From contig JBEAQD010000021.1 in the NCBI GenBank assembly GCA_041164045.1, positions 1 through 38,649 of the forward strand: 38,649 nt of DNA, in the 5' to 3' direction. The notes below the pieces were generated by a model. That model saw only the letters and a list, made by a program, of their open reading frames with translations, did no database searches and was not told the origin of the DNA. This document shows, in pieces, positions 25,088-34,554 of the stretch. Positions within the stretch are counted from its first letter, which is position 1, and each line of letters starts with the position of its first letter. Origin of the DNA: Candidatus Parcubacteria bacterium (GTDB lineage Bacteria > Patescibacteriota > Minisyncoccia > SW-4-49-11). The translations under genes and the position numbers were made by a program.

Positions 25088-25116
25088 AATTTATACCTTT
25101 TCTAAAATTTTGTCAA
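25088..25116 (-). promoter_or_regulatory. Promoter of candidate ncRNA-c
   Basis: Minus strand TTGACA (25116-25111), 17-nt spacer, TAAATT (25093-25088). Confidence 0.5.
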
Positions 25117-25161
25117 GCTTTATTAACTTTTATCAATTTTTAACAAAAGTTATGATTATAT

Positions 25162-26346
25162 TTATTTTATAATCTCATCCAACTTTAATTTCTCTACTAT
25201 CCATTTTCTAATTGTAGCCATATAGGCTGAATCCCCAATTACAACCCCACCAATAATTTCACCTTGTTTGTTGGTATTAACTTGCACATATCTATTCCCT
25301 TGTTCTATCACCACTGATTGCATAGTCTCAGGATTTAGCCGACATTGCCCAACAAAAGCAATCGCCAGACTAGTCTTAGGACAATAAGCTGGGATTAGAC
25401 TAAACTCCTTCATACTCTCTGGATGCACCATATTATATCCAGCCGTCATGCCTTGTAATGAAGCCTGGGCCCAAGTCCCTGAACCTGCATATTGAGATTG
25501 AGAAACATCATAGTATTCCACAATGTCACCCGCTCCAAAAACACTTTCATCCTCACTTTGTAAATACTGATTCACTCTAAGTCCTCGACCACAAAGATCC
25601 GCCGGCACAAAATCCTTATTCAACTCCAAGCCAATACCAACACACATAGCCTCCGTTGGGATGATTTCTCCAGAAATTAACTCAACTTCACTAATCGCAC
25701 CTGCCTGATTGCCTCTAATTTCTTTGATCTCACTTTCATAATAAATTTTAGCTCTCTTAGCTAAGTATTCATTTAAGATATTACCTCCAATTTGGTCAAT
25801 CATACCCTGCCAATACCATTCATCTCGGATAATCAGAGTCACTTCCTTACCTAAATTAGATAATAATTCTACAAATTCAATTCCAATAAATCCGCCCCCA
25901 ACAATAGTAATTTTATTTTTGCCCCTTATATAATCCCTCACCGCAATCGCATCATCCAAAGTCTGAAAAGCAAATACTCCTTGCAAATCTGACCCTACTT
26001 GAGATAATCTACGAGCCCGACCACCTGTGGCAATCAGAACTTTGTCATAAGCTAGAGCTTCTCCATTATCTAAAGTAATTGACTTTTCTTTAGGATCTAA
26101 ACTTTGTACCTTAGCTATAATTCGGTCAATATTCTGTGCTTGGAATTGATCCTCGCTCTTCAGCAACAAGTCTTCTGGAGACTTAATATCAGCCGCCACC
26201 TTTCCAATATTAACCCGAGAATAAACCGAATACTGCTCTTCCCCAATCAAGACAATACTAGCCTCTGAAGCTTCTTTGCGAATAGCCATCGCCCCATTAG
26301 CCCCCGCAATCCCCGCTCCAATAATAATGTAATTATAATGTTTCAT
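25162..26346 (-). CDS. FAD-dependent pyridine nucleotide-disulfide oxidoreductase family protein
   Basis: 394 aa. Two dinucleotide folds (IIIGAGIAGANGA and ITIVGGGFIGIEF) and the GAGDIV motif. Confidence 0.75.
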   Translation of the reverse strand: MKHYNYIIIGAGIAGANGAMAIRKEASEASIVLIGEEQYSVYSRVNIGKVAADIKSPEDLLLKSEDQFQAQNIDRIIAKVQSLDPKEKSITLDNGEALAYDKVLIATGGRARRLSQVGSDLQGVFAFQTLDDAIAVRDYIRGKNKITIVGGGFIGIEFVELLSNLGKEVTLIIRDEWYWQGMIDQIGGNILNEYLAKRAKIYYESEIKEIRGNQAGAISEVELISGEIIPTEAMCVGIGLELNKDFVPADLCGRGLRVNQYLQSEDESVFGAGDIVEYYDVSQSQYAGSGTWAQASLQGMTAGYNMVHPESMKEFSLIPAYCPKTSLAIAFVGQCRLNPETMQSVVIEQGNRYVQVNTNKQGEIIGGVVIGDSAYMATIRKWIVEKLKLDEIIK

Positions 26347-26424
26347 CGATTTTAAATTATTAACTATTATTTTTATTATAACATATCTTGATTTGGATTT
26401 TATAATATGATAATATTTTGGAGT

Positions 26425-26684
26425 TGTTTTTGAGGAAAAAGTTAGATGTCAAACAAAAATCTTTCTGATTTTTTTGAACCTTTGTCTGGTAGAGCCCACA
26501 GGAATACGCCGAGCGTATGTCCTGTTGGAGAACCTACCCTACCAGACACTCTCCCAACAAGATGTGGATCCAAAGCTTCACATCCAAACCTAACGACACT
26601 TGAGCAGGGTCGTCCTGATGAGGGATAATCAAACTCAAACATTCATACAAGACCCCTCAAATCGAGTTGGTCTTTTTTCTTTTA
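26425..26684 (+). ncRNA. Candidate structured RNA or leader (ncRNA-d), strand uncertain
   Basis: GC-rich island. 9-bp GUCUGGUAG/CUACCAGAC helix encloses ACAGGAAUACGC-CGA-GCGUAUGUCCUGU. GAUGUG...CACAUC hairpin. Plus-strand TTGATT-17-TAATAT upstream and AAGACC...GGUCUU UUUUCUUUU at 26649-26684. Confidence 0.3.
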
Positions 26685-26798
26685 CTAAATTTTAGAATAA
26701 TGTGAATTATTCGCACAGTATACGATCTTTTGTACTCCCTACACAAATACATAAAATATGCTATAATATTAGCATCTCGAGGAAATTGATTATCTTTT

Positions 26799-27233
26799 AT
26801 GAATAGTCAAACGGCACTAAGAATTAATCAATGGATAGATATAGTTCATAATCCTAATTATTGGGTTACCTTCTGGTTTATTGCTTTATATATTTTATTA
26901 GAGCCAAGGATTTTCCCAAATCGAAATATAATTCCTCAAAATAAATACGCTAAAACTATAATCTATACTAAATTCTTTATACTTATTTTTACTTTTATTA
27001 TAATGCTTTCCCAGAGTTTATTTGGGGGATGTCTGATTAATTCAGTTCAAAATTGCATTGCTAGGACTTATCTTGATCGAGAATATTGGTATCCTTTTGG
27101 CTTGGTCTTCCGAGAAAACTTTGACCCACAATATTGGATTTATCTCAGGTTATTTTATATTATATTAACTATAATATACGGTATTTGGATATATAAATAT
27201 TATAAATTTGTGATGAAAAGCTGGAGTAAATAA
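26799..27233 (+). CDS. Hypothetical four-TM membrane protein (possibly DUF2784-like)
   Basis: 144-aa hydrophobic ORF. Followed by the CCCTAC...GTAGGG bidirectional terminator at 27232-27263. Confidence 0.45.
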   Translation: MNSQTALRINQWIDIVHNPNYWVTFWFIALYILLEPRIFPNRNIIPQNKYAKTIIYTKFFILIFTFIIMLSQSLFGGCLINSVQNCIARTYLDREYWYPFGLVFRENFDPQYWIYLRLFYIILTIIYGIWIYKYYKFVMKSWSK

Positions 27234-27279
27234 AAACCCCTACCGCCTTGAGTGACAGTAGGGAGAGGATAGAAGGAAT

Positions 27280-27627
27280 TCAAGAGAAAGGATCTTCTCC
27301 GTCTATGCCACCTAAAGTGGATGGGGAATCTACCCCGTTTAGAGCAAAGAACTCCCAGGGATGAATAAAGTCATCATTAGTAAGAACCTCATACCACCCA
27401 GTCTCTGGATTCCATGCCCACATCTCATCCTCATCCTCATCTTCAAACCTGGAGTATAGACAACCCCCATCTATAAAACCAATCTCAGACTCAGGATTGA
27501 GTTGAGAGAGGAAAAGCTTGACATCAGAGCCAAGATAATAAAGCTCCTTGACGAAGCACTTTTTACTTGTATGCTCTTGAAGGGAGTTGATGACGGCATC
27601 AATAGCTGACTGAGATGCGAGATGCAT
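27280..27627 (-). CDS. Hypothetical acidic cytoplasmic protein (115 aa)
   Basis: Stand-alone ORF with a terminator. Acidic EDEDEDE stretch and Trp-rich C-terminal half. No family recognised. Confidence 0.5.
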   Translation of the reverse strand: MHLASQSAIDAVINSLQEHTSKKCFVKELYYLGSDVKLFLSQLNPESEIGFIDGGCLYSRFEDEDEDEMWAWNPETGWYEVLTNDDFIHPWEFFALNGVDSPSTLGGIDGEDPFS

Positions 27628-27815
27628 GGATTTTGAATATGCAACAACTCGATAAGTAAAGCATATTTTTTAACTTTTGTCAAATATTAGTGGCTAAATA
27701 TTCTGATTTATAAAGAAATATAATTTATAATTCATCATTCATAATTTATACCACCCCTTATTGCATTTTGACACTATTTGCAATATAATATGAGAGTTAT
27801 GTAAAATATTATATT

Positions 27816-28382
27816 ATGCTTTCAATTTCAGATATTAAAAAAGGTAAAATTATCGTAGTGGATGATAGTCCATTTTTAGTTTTATTTAGTCAATTATCCA
27901 AAAAAGGCCGAGCTGGCTCAGTGTTAACGGTCAAGATGAAGAATCTTATTACTAATAATACTCAAGAGCGAAATTTCAAACAATCAGATATGTTCCCTGA
28001 GGCAGATATTGCGGAATCCTATGTTGAGTATCTCTACAATGACGGGGAGCAATACCATTTTATGGATGAGAAAACTTTTGAGCAATATGCTTTTGATCTT
28101 GAAACTTTGGGTGAGAATACAGTTGGCTATTTACAAGAGGGAGCTAAAGTCAAAATTGTCACTTATAATGGTGAGCCGATTACTATCAATTTACCGCCTA
28201 AAGTAGTGCTAGGAGTGACTGAAGCTGTCCCAGCTATTAAAGGGAATACTGTTGATGCAGCTATGAAAATGGTAAAAGTTGAAACTGGTATAGAAGTAAA
28301 AGTCCCTATGTTTATCAATCAAGGTGATAAAATCCGTATCAATACTGAGACTGGTATTTATGAGGAAAAAGTGACAAACTAA
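27816..28382 (+). CDS. efp: Elongation factor P
   Basis: 188 aa. The N-terminal KGRAGSVLTVKMKN loop region and three-domain length are typical of EF-P. Confidence 0.9.
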   Translation: MLSISDIKKGKIIVVDDSPFLVLFSQLSKKGRAGSVLTVKMKNLITNNTQERNFKQSDMFPEADIAESYVEYLYNDGEQYHFMDEKTFEQYAFDLETLGENTVGYLQEGAKVKIVTYNGEPITINLPPKVVLGVTEAVPAIKGNTVDAAMKMVKVETGIEVKVPMFINQGDKIRINTETGIYEEKVTN

Positions 28383-30961
28383 CCCCAATAATCTTTGATC
28401 ACTGCTTCAACTTTGATTGGTATAGCGGCCTTATAAACCGACTCCATAATTTCTAGAATTTTATCTTTATATTGCTCAGCTTTGTCTGCTTTGACTTCGA
28501 AAACCAATTCATCGTGAACTTGTAAAATCATATAAATATTATCTTTGTCTGCTATATATTCATTAATTTGAATCATTGCTAACTTTATAATATCCGCTTG
28601 TAAGCCCTGAATTGGCATATTAACTGCTATTCTATCCAATAAGGCCTGGTTGCGAGGGTTTCTAATATCTATATTTGAAAGATCTCTAATTCGTCCATAT
28701 TCTGTCTGAGCATAACCATGCTTGCGAGCGAATTGCTTGAGAGATTCCATATAGTCATTTAGTTCTGGGTAGGCTTGACGATATTTATCGAGGAAAACTT
28801 GAGCTTCGGCTCTTTTTATTTTGAGATTTTGGGCTAAACTTGTAGCTCCCATCCCATAAAGAATTCCAAAATTAATAGTCTTTGCAAAACTTCGCATTTC
28901 TTTGGTGACTTCTTCGGTCTTGACTCCATAAACTCGCTGAGCTGTAGCGGTATGAAAATCTATATTTTGCCTAAAAATTTCTAACATAGCCTGATCTTGA
29001 GATAAGTGAGCCGCTAGTCTCAACTCAATCTGGGAATAATCACAAATTAACAAAGTCCAACCCTCCGGAGCTACAAAACAATTTTTGATTTGCCTACCAA
29101 GTTCACCTCGAGCTGGTATATTCTGTAGATTTGGATCTACTGATGACAATCTACCAGTAGCGGCAATGTTTTGCTGATAGGTGGTATGAATTCGCCCACT
29201 ATCATCCATCAAAGTTGGCAGACTATCTATATAGGTAGATTTGAGCTTAGCCACTTCACGATATTGTAAAATCAAGTCCACAATCTCGAATTCTTCACGC
29301 ATAGATTCTAAAGCCTGAGCTGAAGTAGAGACTTGACCTCCATTAGTCTTCTTGACTCCTTTGGCTGAAAGATTGAGTTTATTAAATAAAATATCCGCTA
29401 ATTGCTTAGGTGAATTAAGATTGAATTCCTCTCCTGCGATAGCATAAATATCTCTAGTCAAGGTAGTAATTTTATCCTCTACAAAAGTTTTAGTAGCTTG
29501 TAATTTTGACTCATCGAATAATACTCCCACTGCCTCCATCTTAGCCAGTACTGGCAAAAGTGGTCTCTCAATAGAATTATAAACCTCCTCAATATGTAAA
29601 GTCTGCATTTTGGATAAAATCAGATCATATAATTGATGCAGAACCAATTCCGGCTGAGCAGAATTATATCCTACTCCATAGGCTCCACATACCGCCTCTA
29701 GCGATAATTGTCTCTCACCAGGATTAATTAGATAGACCATTAGTATCACATCTTGCAAATTAGCTTTCAGTTCAAAAGGATATAATTTCCGAATAATAGG
29801 CTTGATATCAGCACAAATTATATTTTGCTCGGAAGCTAGTAATACTCTTAATTCCTTCTCGCTCAGTTTAGCTCTCTGCCCATTAGTATCAATAGCTATA
29901 TAGTTCTCTTGTTCAGCCCAAATAGCTAAAGGGAAATTCGTTAGCTGAGATAAATCGTGAAATTTTTCATCCTCCACACTCTCAGGCTTTGCGACTGGGG
30001 CTATATTAGTCTGTCCCCAAAAGCTAGTCTGAGACTTATGATTGTTGGCTTTTTCTAATTGGGTATTAAGTTCTTTGACCAGAGAATAGAATTCAAAATG
30101 TTTGAAAATTTGCTTTGCCTTCTCAACTGGGAAAGTATAGTCTATTGAGTCTTGCACCACCTCTCCAATTGGAGCATCAGTGATAATAGTAGCTAATTCA
30201 CGACTAAAAAAAGCTTGTTCTTTATTATTCTTGAGATTCTCAAATATAGATTTAGTCAGTGCTTCTCTATCCTCTTTGTCAATATCCTCAAATTTAGTAT
30301 ATTTATCTATAAATTTATAGATATTCTCTATGGTCTCAAATCTTCTCAATAAATTCACCGCTCGCAAATCACCAATTCCCGGCACTCCAGGAATATTATC
30401 AGACGGGTCTCCCTTCAGTCCCTTAAAATCACAGACTTGATCTGGGCGAATTTGGTATTTGGAAATTACAGCTTCAGTATCAAAAATCACCGTATCATTG
30501 ATACTTTTTCTCAAGGTATAAACCGAAATCTGGGGTTTAACTAATTGCATAGTATCCATATCCCCAGTTACAATAATAAGCTCATTGCTGGTCTTGCTAG
30601 TCTGCTTGGCAATAGTACCTATAATATCATCCGCTTCATATCCAGCTAGTTCTAAAATGGGTATTTCAATAGATTCCAACATTTCTTTGACCAAAGGAAT
30701 CTGATCATATAAATCCTGATCTGCCGCCACTCGATTAGCCTTATACGCCTCAAATTGATTATGCCGAAAAGTATCCCCCGCCACATCAAAAGCTGCTAAT
30801 ACAATATCCGGCTTAATATCCTTAATAACTTTTAACAAAAGCTTAGCATAACCATACACCGCATTTACCATCACCCCATCAGCAGTAGTAAAAGGAGGTA
30901 GAGCATGATAAGCCCTATGAATCACCGCATTACTATCTAGAATTACAATTTTTTTCTTCAT
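28379..30961 (-). CDS. polA: DNA polymerase I
   Basis: 860 aa. 5'-nuclease domain (GYEADDIIGT, LKGDPSDNIPGVPGIG). Central domain lacks an obvious DxE exonuclease motif. Polymerase motifs A (LICDYSQIELR), B (RSFAKTINFGILYG) and C (QVHDELVFE). Confidence 0.95.
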   Translation of the reverse strand: MKKKIVILDSNAVIHRAYHALPPFTTADGVMVNAVYGYAKLLLKVIKDIKPDIVLAAFDVAGDTFRHNQFEAYKANRVAADQDLYDQIPLVKEMLESIEIPILELAGYEADDIIGTIAKQTSKTSNELIIVTGDMDTMQLVKPQISVYTLRKSINDTVIFDTEAVISKYQIRPDQVCDFKGLKGDPSDNIPGVPGIGDLRAVNLLRRFETIENIYKFIDKYTKFEDIDKEDREALTKSIFENLKNNKEQAFFSRELATIITDAPIGEVVQDSIDYTFPVEKAKQIFKHFEFYSLVKELNTQLEKANNHKSQTSFWGQTNIAPVAKPESVEDEKFHDLSQLTNFPLAIWAEQENYIAIDTNGQRAKLSEKELRVLLASEQNIICADIKPIIRKLYPFELKANLQDVILMVYLINPGERQLSLEAVCGAYGVGYNSAQPELVLHQLYDLILSKMQTLHIEEVYNSIERPLLPVLAKMEAVGVLFDESKLQATKTFVEDKITTLTRDIYAIAGEEFNLNSPKQLADILFNKLNLSAKGVKKTNGGQVSTSAQALESMREEFEIVDLILQYREVAKLKSTYIDSLPTLMDDSGRIHTTYQQNIAATGRLSSVDPNLQNIPARGELGRQIKNCFVAPEGWTLLICDYSQIELRLAAHLSQDQAMLEIFRQNIDFHTATAQRVYGVKTEEVTKEMRSFAKTINFGILYGMGATSLAQNLKIKRAEAQVFLDKYRQAYPELNDYMESLKQFARKHGYAQTEYGRIRDLSNIDIRNPRNQALLDRIAVNMPIQGLQADIIKLAMIQINEYIADKDNIYMILQVHDELVFEVKADKAEQYKDKILEIMESVYKAAIPIKVEAVIKDYWG

Positions 30962-31042
30962 ACCTTTATATTATAGCATATAGTATTGTCATATAAAATA
31001 ATATGTGTTATATTGACCTTGTTCTTTGCATAGTATAAAACT

Positions 31043-31471
31043 ATGGGCTTTCAAGAATCTGGACACAGTTCAGCCTATATTACAAATATAGTCAATAAGC
31101 GGGTGGCTAGTTGGTTATCAATAAATCCTCCGAATAGAAAAAACTATGGTCTAATTATTAGATATAAAGATGATGATAATATCTGTAAGGAGTTGATAGA
31201 TGATAAGATTGAATTAGATGCCATATATAAAATCTGCAGAAGTAATGTAACAGATATGTTTTATCTACTGACTAAAATCTATATCGGTCAAGTTAAATAT
31301 GCCGACTTTATAAACTTTGTCAAAACAATAAGCAATAAATTGAATAAAATCAGAGAAACTCAGCAAGCAGTTAGGTCAGAAAAAGAAAGATTACTGAGAC
31401 TCAATAAATTAGAGATGGAAATCAGAAAAATAACAGCTAACGCTAGAAAAACACTTCTTATAACTCAATAA
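31043..31471 (+). CDS. Hypothetical protein with a C-terminal coiled coil (142 aa)
   Basis: ORF followed by a perfect terminator, ATCTCCC-loop-GGGAGAT TTTTT (31471-31498). Confidence 0.5.
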   Translation: MGFQESGHSSAYITNIVNKRVASWLSINPPNRKNYGLIIRYKDDDNICKELIDDKIELDAIYKICRSNVTDMFYLLTKIYIGQVKYADFINFVKTISNKLNKIRETQQAVRSEKERLLRLNKLEMEIRKITANARKTLLITQ

Positions 31472-31520
31472 TCTCCCCTTCATCTGGGAGATTTTTTCTT
31501 TACACTCATTAATCCTGAAT

Positions 31521-31815
31521 AAGATGAGATGCATCGTAGACAAGTTGTGACTTTTGTAAGTGATACATGAAAGTAGTTTATATAGTTATAAAAAATAGCC
31601 CTTAATTTTGTCCCCCTTCGGAGGGGAGAAGCCTGAAAGGCGGGGGTGGAGGTAGACAACTTTTAGGGTATACTATATTTTTAACCCTATCCACCCTCCC
31701 CCTACGGGTACTCCCTCCAAAGGGAGACAAAAATACAAGTTACAAAATTCAATCCACCCGCCTCCTCCCTACCTACCGCAGGTAGGCAAAGGGGGATAAA
31801 TTAACTCCTCCATCC
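31521..31815. repeat. GC-rich mosaic hairpin repeat locus R6
   Basis: Starts with the 23-bp motif AAGATGAGATGCATCGTAGACAA, the exact reverse complement of 3097-3119. Shares modules with R3, R4 and R5. Confidence 0.8.
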
Positions 31816-31871
31816 TTGAAAATTAGCTAATTTTATGGTATAATTATTACTAATAAAGTAATTATAAAGTT

Positions 31872-32405
31872 ATGGCTGGACATAATAAATTCTCTAAAAT
31901 CAAGCATAAAAAAGCTGCTACAGATAAACTCAAGGCTCAAAATTTTTCCAAAGTAGTTAAAATGATTCAAATTGCAGCAAGAAAAGGATCAACTGACCCC
32001 GCTATGAATCCAGAATTAAGATTAGCTTTAGAGAAAGCTAAGGAGGTCAATATGCCCAAAGATAACATTAATCGTATACTTGATAAAGCCGCCAATACCA
32101 GTGGGCAAGTGATTATGTATGAAGGTTTTGGACCTGAGGGAGTAGGTCTACTCATCAAGACTTATACCGATAATCCTAACCGGACCGTAGCTGATTTACG
32201 ACATATGTTATCCAAAAATGGGGGGAGCTTAGGTGCTAGCGGTTCAGTGATTTGGATGTTTGAAGAAATCACTCGAGAGCAAGAGTATAAGGTTAATATT
32301 CCTACCGAAATCACTCCTGAGTCTCAAGAGAAATTGGATAGTCTTGTAGAAATTCTAGAGGAATTAGATGATGTAGAAGAAATTTGGACTAGTGCTTCTG
32401 TCTAA
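31872..32405 (+). CDS. YebC/PmpR-family protein, short form
   Basis: 177 aa. N-terminal MAGHNKFSKIKHKKA and the YEGFGPEGVGLLI...DNPNRTVADLRH blocks are typical of the family. About 60 aa shorter than E. coli YebC. Confidence 0.8.
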   Translation: MAGHNKFSKIKHKKAATDKLKAQNFSKVVKMIQIAARKGSTDPAMNPELRLALEKAKEVNMPKDNINRILDKAANTSGQVIMYEGFGPEGVGLLIKTYTDNPNRTVADLRHMLSKNGGSLGASGSVIWMFEEITREQEYKVNIPTEITPESQEKLDSLVEILEELDDVEEIWTSASV

Positions 32406-32407
32406 TT

Positions 32408-32914
32408 ATGGATTCCAATGCTCCATATCGAATTTTAGGCATTGACCCGGGTACTGCCACTACTGGTTTTGGGATTATTGACACCTCTATCTCTAATGTC
32501 TTGGGGGTGGTGGATTATGGGGTTATTACAACTGAAGCTAACCTAACAGATGCCAAAAGATTAGCTATTATTGATGAGAGCTTAAAGCAACTTATTGCCA
32601 CTTATAAACCTAATATTATAGCAATTGAAAAATTGTTTTTCTTTCGTAATACCACTACTATTATCACAGTAGCTCAGGCTCGTGGGGTAATTTTACTCAA
32701 TGCAGAACTTCATAATTTACAATTATTTGAATTTACTCCGCTACAAATAAAGCAGGCCATTACTGGCTATGGCAAGGCTCCAAAATCTCAAATGCAACAA
32801 ATGGTAGCTACAATTCTTGGACTAAAGTCGATACCAAAGCCAGATGACGCCGCCGATGGACTTGCTGTCGCACTATGCTGCCAATCTAGTCTTGGATATT
32901 TACTCAAAACCTAA
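32408..32914 (+). CDS. ruvC: Crossover junction endodeoxyribonuclease RuvC
   Basis: 168 aa. ILGIDPGTATTGFGI, IAIEKLFF and DDAADGLAVAL catalytic acidic blocks. Confidence 0.9.
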   Translation: MDSNAPYRILGIDPGTATTGFGIIDTSISNVLGVVDYGVITTEANLTDAKRLAIIDESLKQLIATYKPNIIAIEKLFFFRNTTTIITVAQARGVILLNAELHNLQLFEFTPLQIKQAITGYGKAPKSQMQQMVATILGLKSIPKPDDAADGLAVALCCQSSLGYLLKT

Positions 32915-32919
32915 GATTC

Positions 32920-33057
32920 TTAATATCCCATTTGATAAGCTACTACAATCATAGAAGTGGTATAAGCAAAGGTAGCTATCGTAATTACACCTATTAAATC
33001 TAATAATATATTATATTTTAAGTCTGACTTTATTTGTTTTACCTTTTTTGTTGACAT
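32920..33057 (-). CDS. Possible 45-aa single-TM peptide downstream of zwf
   Basis: Translated by hand as MSTKKVKQIKSDLKYNILLDLIGVITIATFAYTTSMIVVAYQMGY. Below the ORF-track cutoff, with no other support. Confidence 0.25.
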   Translation of the reverse strand: MSTKKVKQIKSDLKYNILLDLIGVITIATFAYTTSMIVVAYQMGY

Positions 33058-33107
33058 ATACAATTATATTAATTAATACTATATTTTATATTATACCATA
33101 ATAAAAC

Positions 33108-34481
33108 TTATAAGTTATCCACAATTTCTGATGCTTTCGCACCGCCTGGATAATTTATAAGGTTTCTATTACTAATATTATCTTTATTAATTAGAATATC
33201 TACATAACTCCAAGCAGCTTCTATTTCATCAGCTCTTATAAAGAGTGACTGATCAGAGTCTATAATATCTTGAATTAGCCTTGCATAAGCAGACTGGCTT
33301 TTTTGACCAAAAGACTCCTCATAGGTGAAATGAAATTTGACAGGCTGGATACACATTCCTTTACCTGGAAATTTAGCATTAACTGTATAATAAACTTCTT
33401 CATTAGGCTGAATACTTATAACTAACTCATTTTTTTGCGGATTACATCCTTCATCAATATGGGTGAAGTATTTAAATCTAGGTTTGAATGATATTCTTAT
33501 TTCTGCTTTATTTTCTGATAACCTTTTTCCTGTAGAAATATGAATTGGAACATCCTCCCAACGAGGATTATCTATATATGTTGTTAATTTCACATATGTC
33601 TCTGTTTTAGAATTTGGGTCAACTCCTTCTTCCTCTAAATAACCCTTACTTTCCCCTGCTGAGACATACTGTCCTAATATAACATTTTGCGGGTTAATTG
33701 GTCGTAATGATTTTATTAATTTATGCTTTTCATCTCGAATATATTCTGCTTCCATTGATACTGGGGCTTCCATAGCTATCAGAGCTAAGGTCTGTAAAAT
33801 ATGATTTTGTAATATATCTTTAATTATTCCTGTCTTATCAAAATAATCAGCTCTCTTATCTATTCCTCGCTCTTCCCACACATCAATTTTAATTGACTCC
33901 ACATAATGATTATTCAAAAGTGGCTCAAACATACTATTCCCGAATCTCAAGGCCAAAATATTTTGTATAGTTTCTTTACCCAAATAATGGTCTACGCGGT
34001 AAATCTCTTCCTCTCTAAAATGTTCCGCTAATTTATAATTTAGTGCTTTAGCTGATTTCAAATCCGATCCAAATGGTTTTTCAAAGACTAATTTATAATT
34101 TATATTTTGATGAATGTTTTTAACTTCCGCCAAAGTATCTACTACATCATTAAATGCTTGAGGTGGTATTGCCATATACCAAATAACCTCATCTCCTGAT
34201 TGAATATTATATTGGTTGAAGAATTTATTTATTGTATCAATTTGACCAAAATCTATTTGAGCATATTCTAGTTTTTGAATAAAATCCAACTTACCTGTAA
34301 AATTAAACAAGCTATCTTGTACTAATTTTCTATAATCTTCTTGATTATATTCTTTTCTACCAGCACCTATAAACTTTATATCCGGTGTATAATAATTATA
34401 ATTAAATATTTCCGCTAAAGCTGGGTATAATTTGGTAGTAGCTAAATCTCCAGTAGATCCTGTAATAATAAAATACTTCAT
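33108..34481 (-). CDS. zwf: Glucose-6-phosphate 1-dehydrogenase
   Basis: 457 aa. GSTGDLATTKLYPAL, EKPFG and RVDHYLGKE signature blocks. Confidence 0.9.
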   Translation of the reverse strand: MKYFIITGSTGDLATTKLYPALAEIFNYNYYTPDIKFIGAGRKEYNQEDYRKLVQDSLFNFTGKLDFIQKLEYAQIDFGQIDTINKFFNQYNIQSGDEVIWYMAIPPQAFNDVVDTLAEVKNIHQNINYKLVFEKPFGSDLKSAKALNYKLAEHFREEEIYRVDHYLGKETIQNILALRFGNSMFEPLLNNHYVESIKIDVWEERGIDKRADYFDKTGIIKDILQNHILQTLALIAMEAPVSMEAEYIRDEKHKLIKSLRPINPQNVILGQYVSAGESKGYLEEEGVDPNSKTETYVKLTTYIDNPRWEDVPIHISTGKRLSENKAEIRISFKPRFKYFTHIDEGCNPQKNELVISIQPNEEVYYTVNAKFPGKGMCIQPVKFHFTYEESFGQKSQSAYARLIQDIIDSDQSLFIRADEIEAAWSYVDILINKDNISNRNLINYPGGAKASEIVDNL

Positions 34482-34554
34482 CCTAATTCAATTTTAGATA
34501 TTATATCAATAGACTACTCTAAACAAATTATATTGTCAAATAAAACTAATACAA

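Noticed and set aside
24907-25089. A 60-aa ORF on the plus strand.
   Set aside because: It lies inside the GC-rich ncRNA-c island, opposite to the only promoter/terminator pair. Its composition is implausible.
26566-26578. Adjacent BamHI (GGATCC) and HindIII (AAGCTT) sites looked like a cloning-vector remnant.
   Set aside because: They form the loop of a GAUGUG/CACAUC hairpin inside a longer structured region. No other vector-like sequence is nearby, so this is most simply coincidence.
26615-26622. A CTGATGAG hammerhead-ribozyme core motif lies inside ncRNA-d.
   Set aside because: There is no matching GAAA box and no three-stem arrangement around it. The downstream sequence reads CAAAC rather than GAAAC.
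26442-26642. Overlapping 66-aa (minus) and 60-aa (plus) ORFs.
   Set aside because: Both lie within the structured GC-rich ncRNA-d island. Open frames on both strands are typical of GC-rich non-coding sequence in an AT-rich genome.
27471-28206. ORFs at 27471-27683 (minus) and 28009-28206 (plus).
   Set aside because: They are alternative frames overlapping the 27280-27627 ORF and efp.
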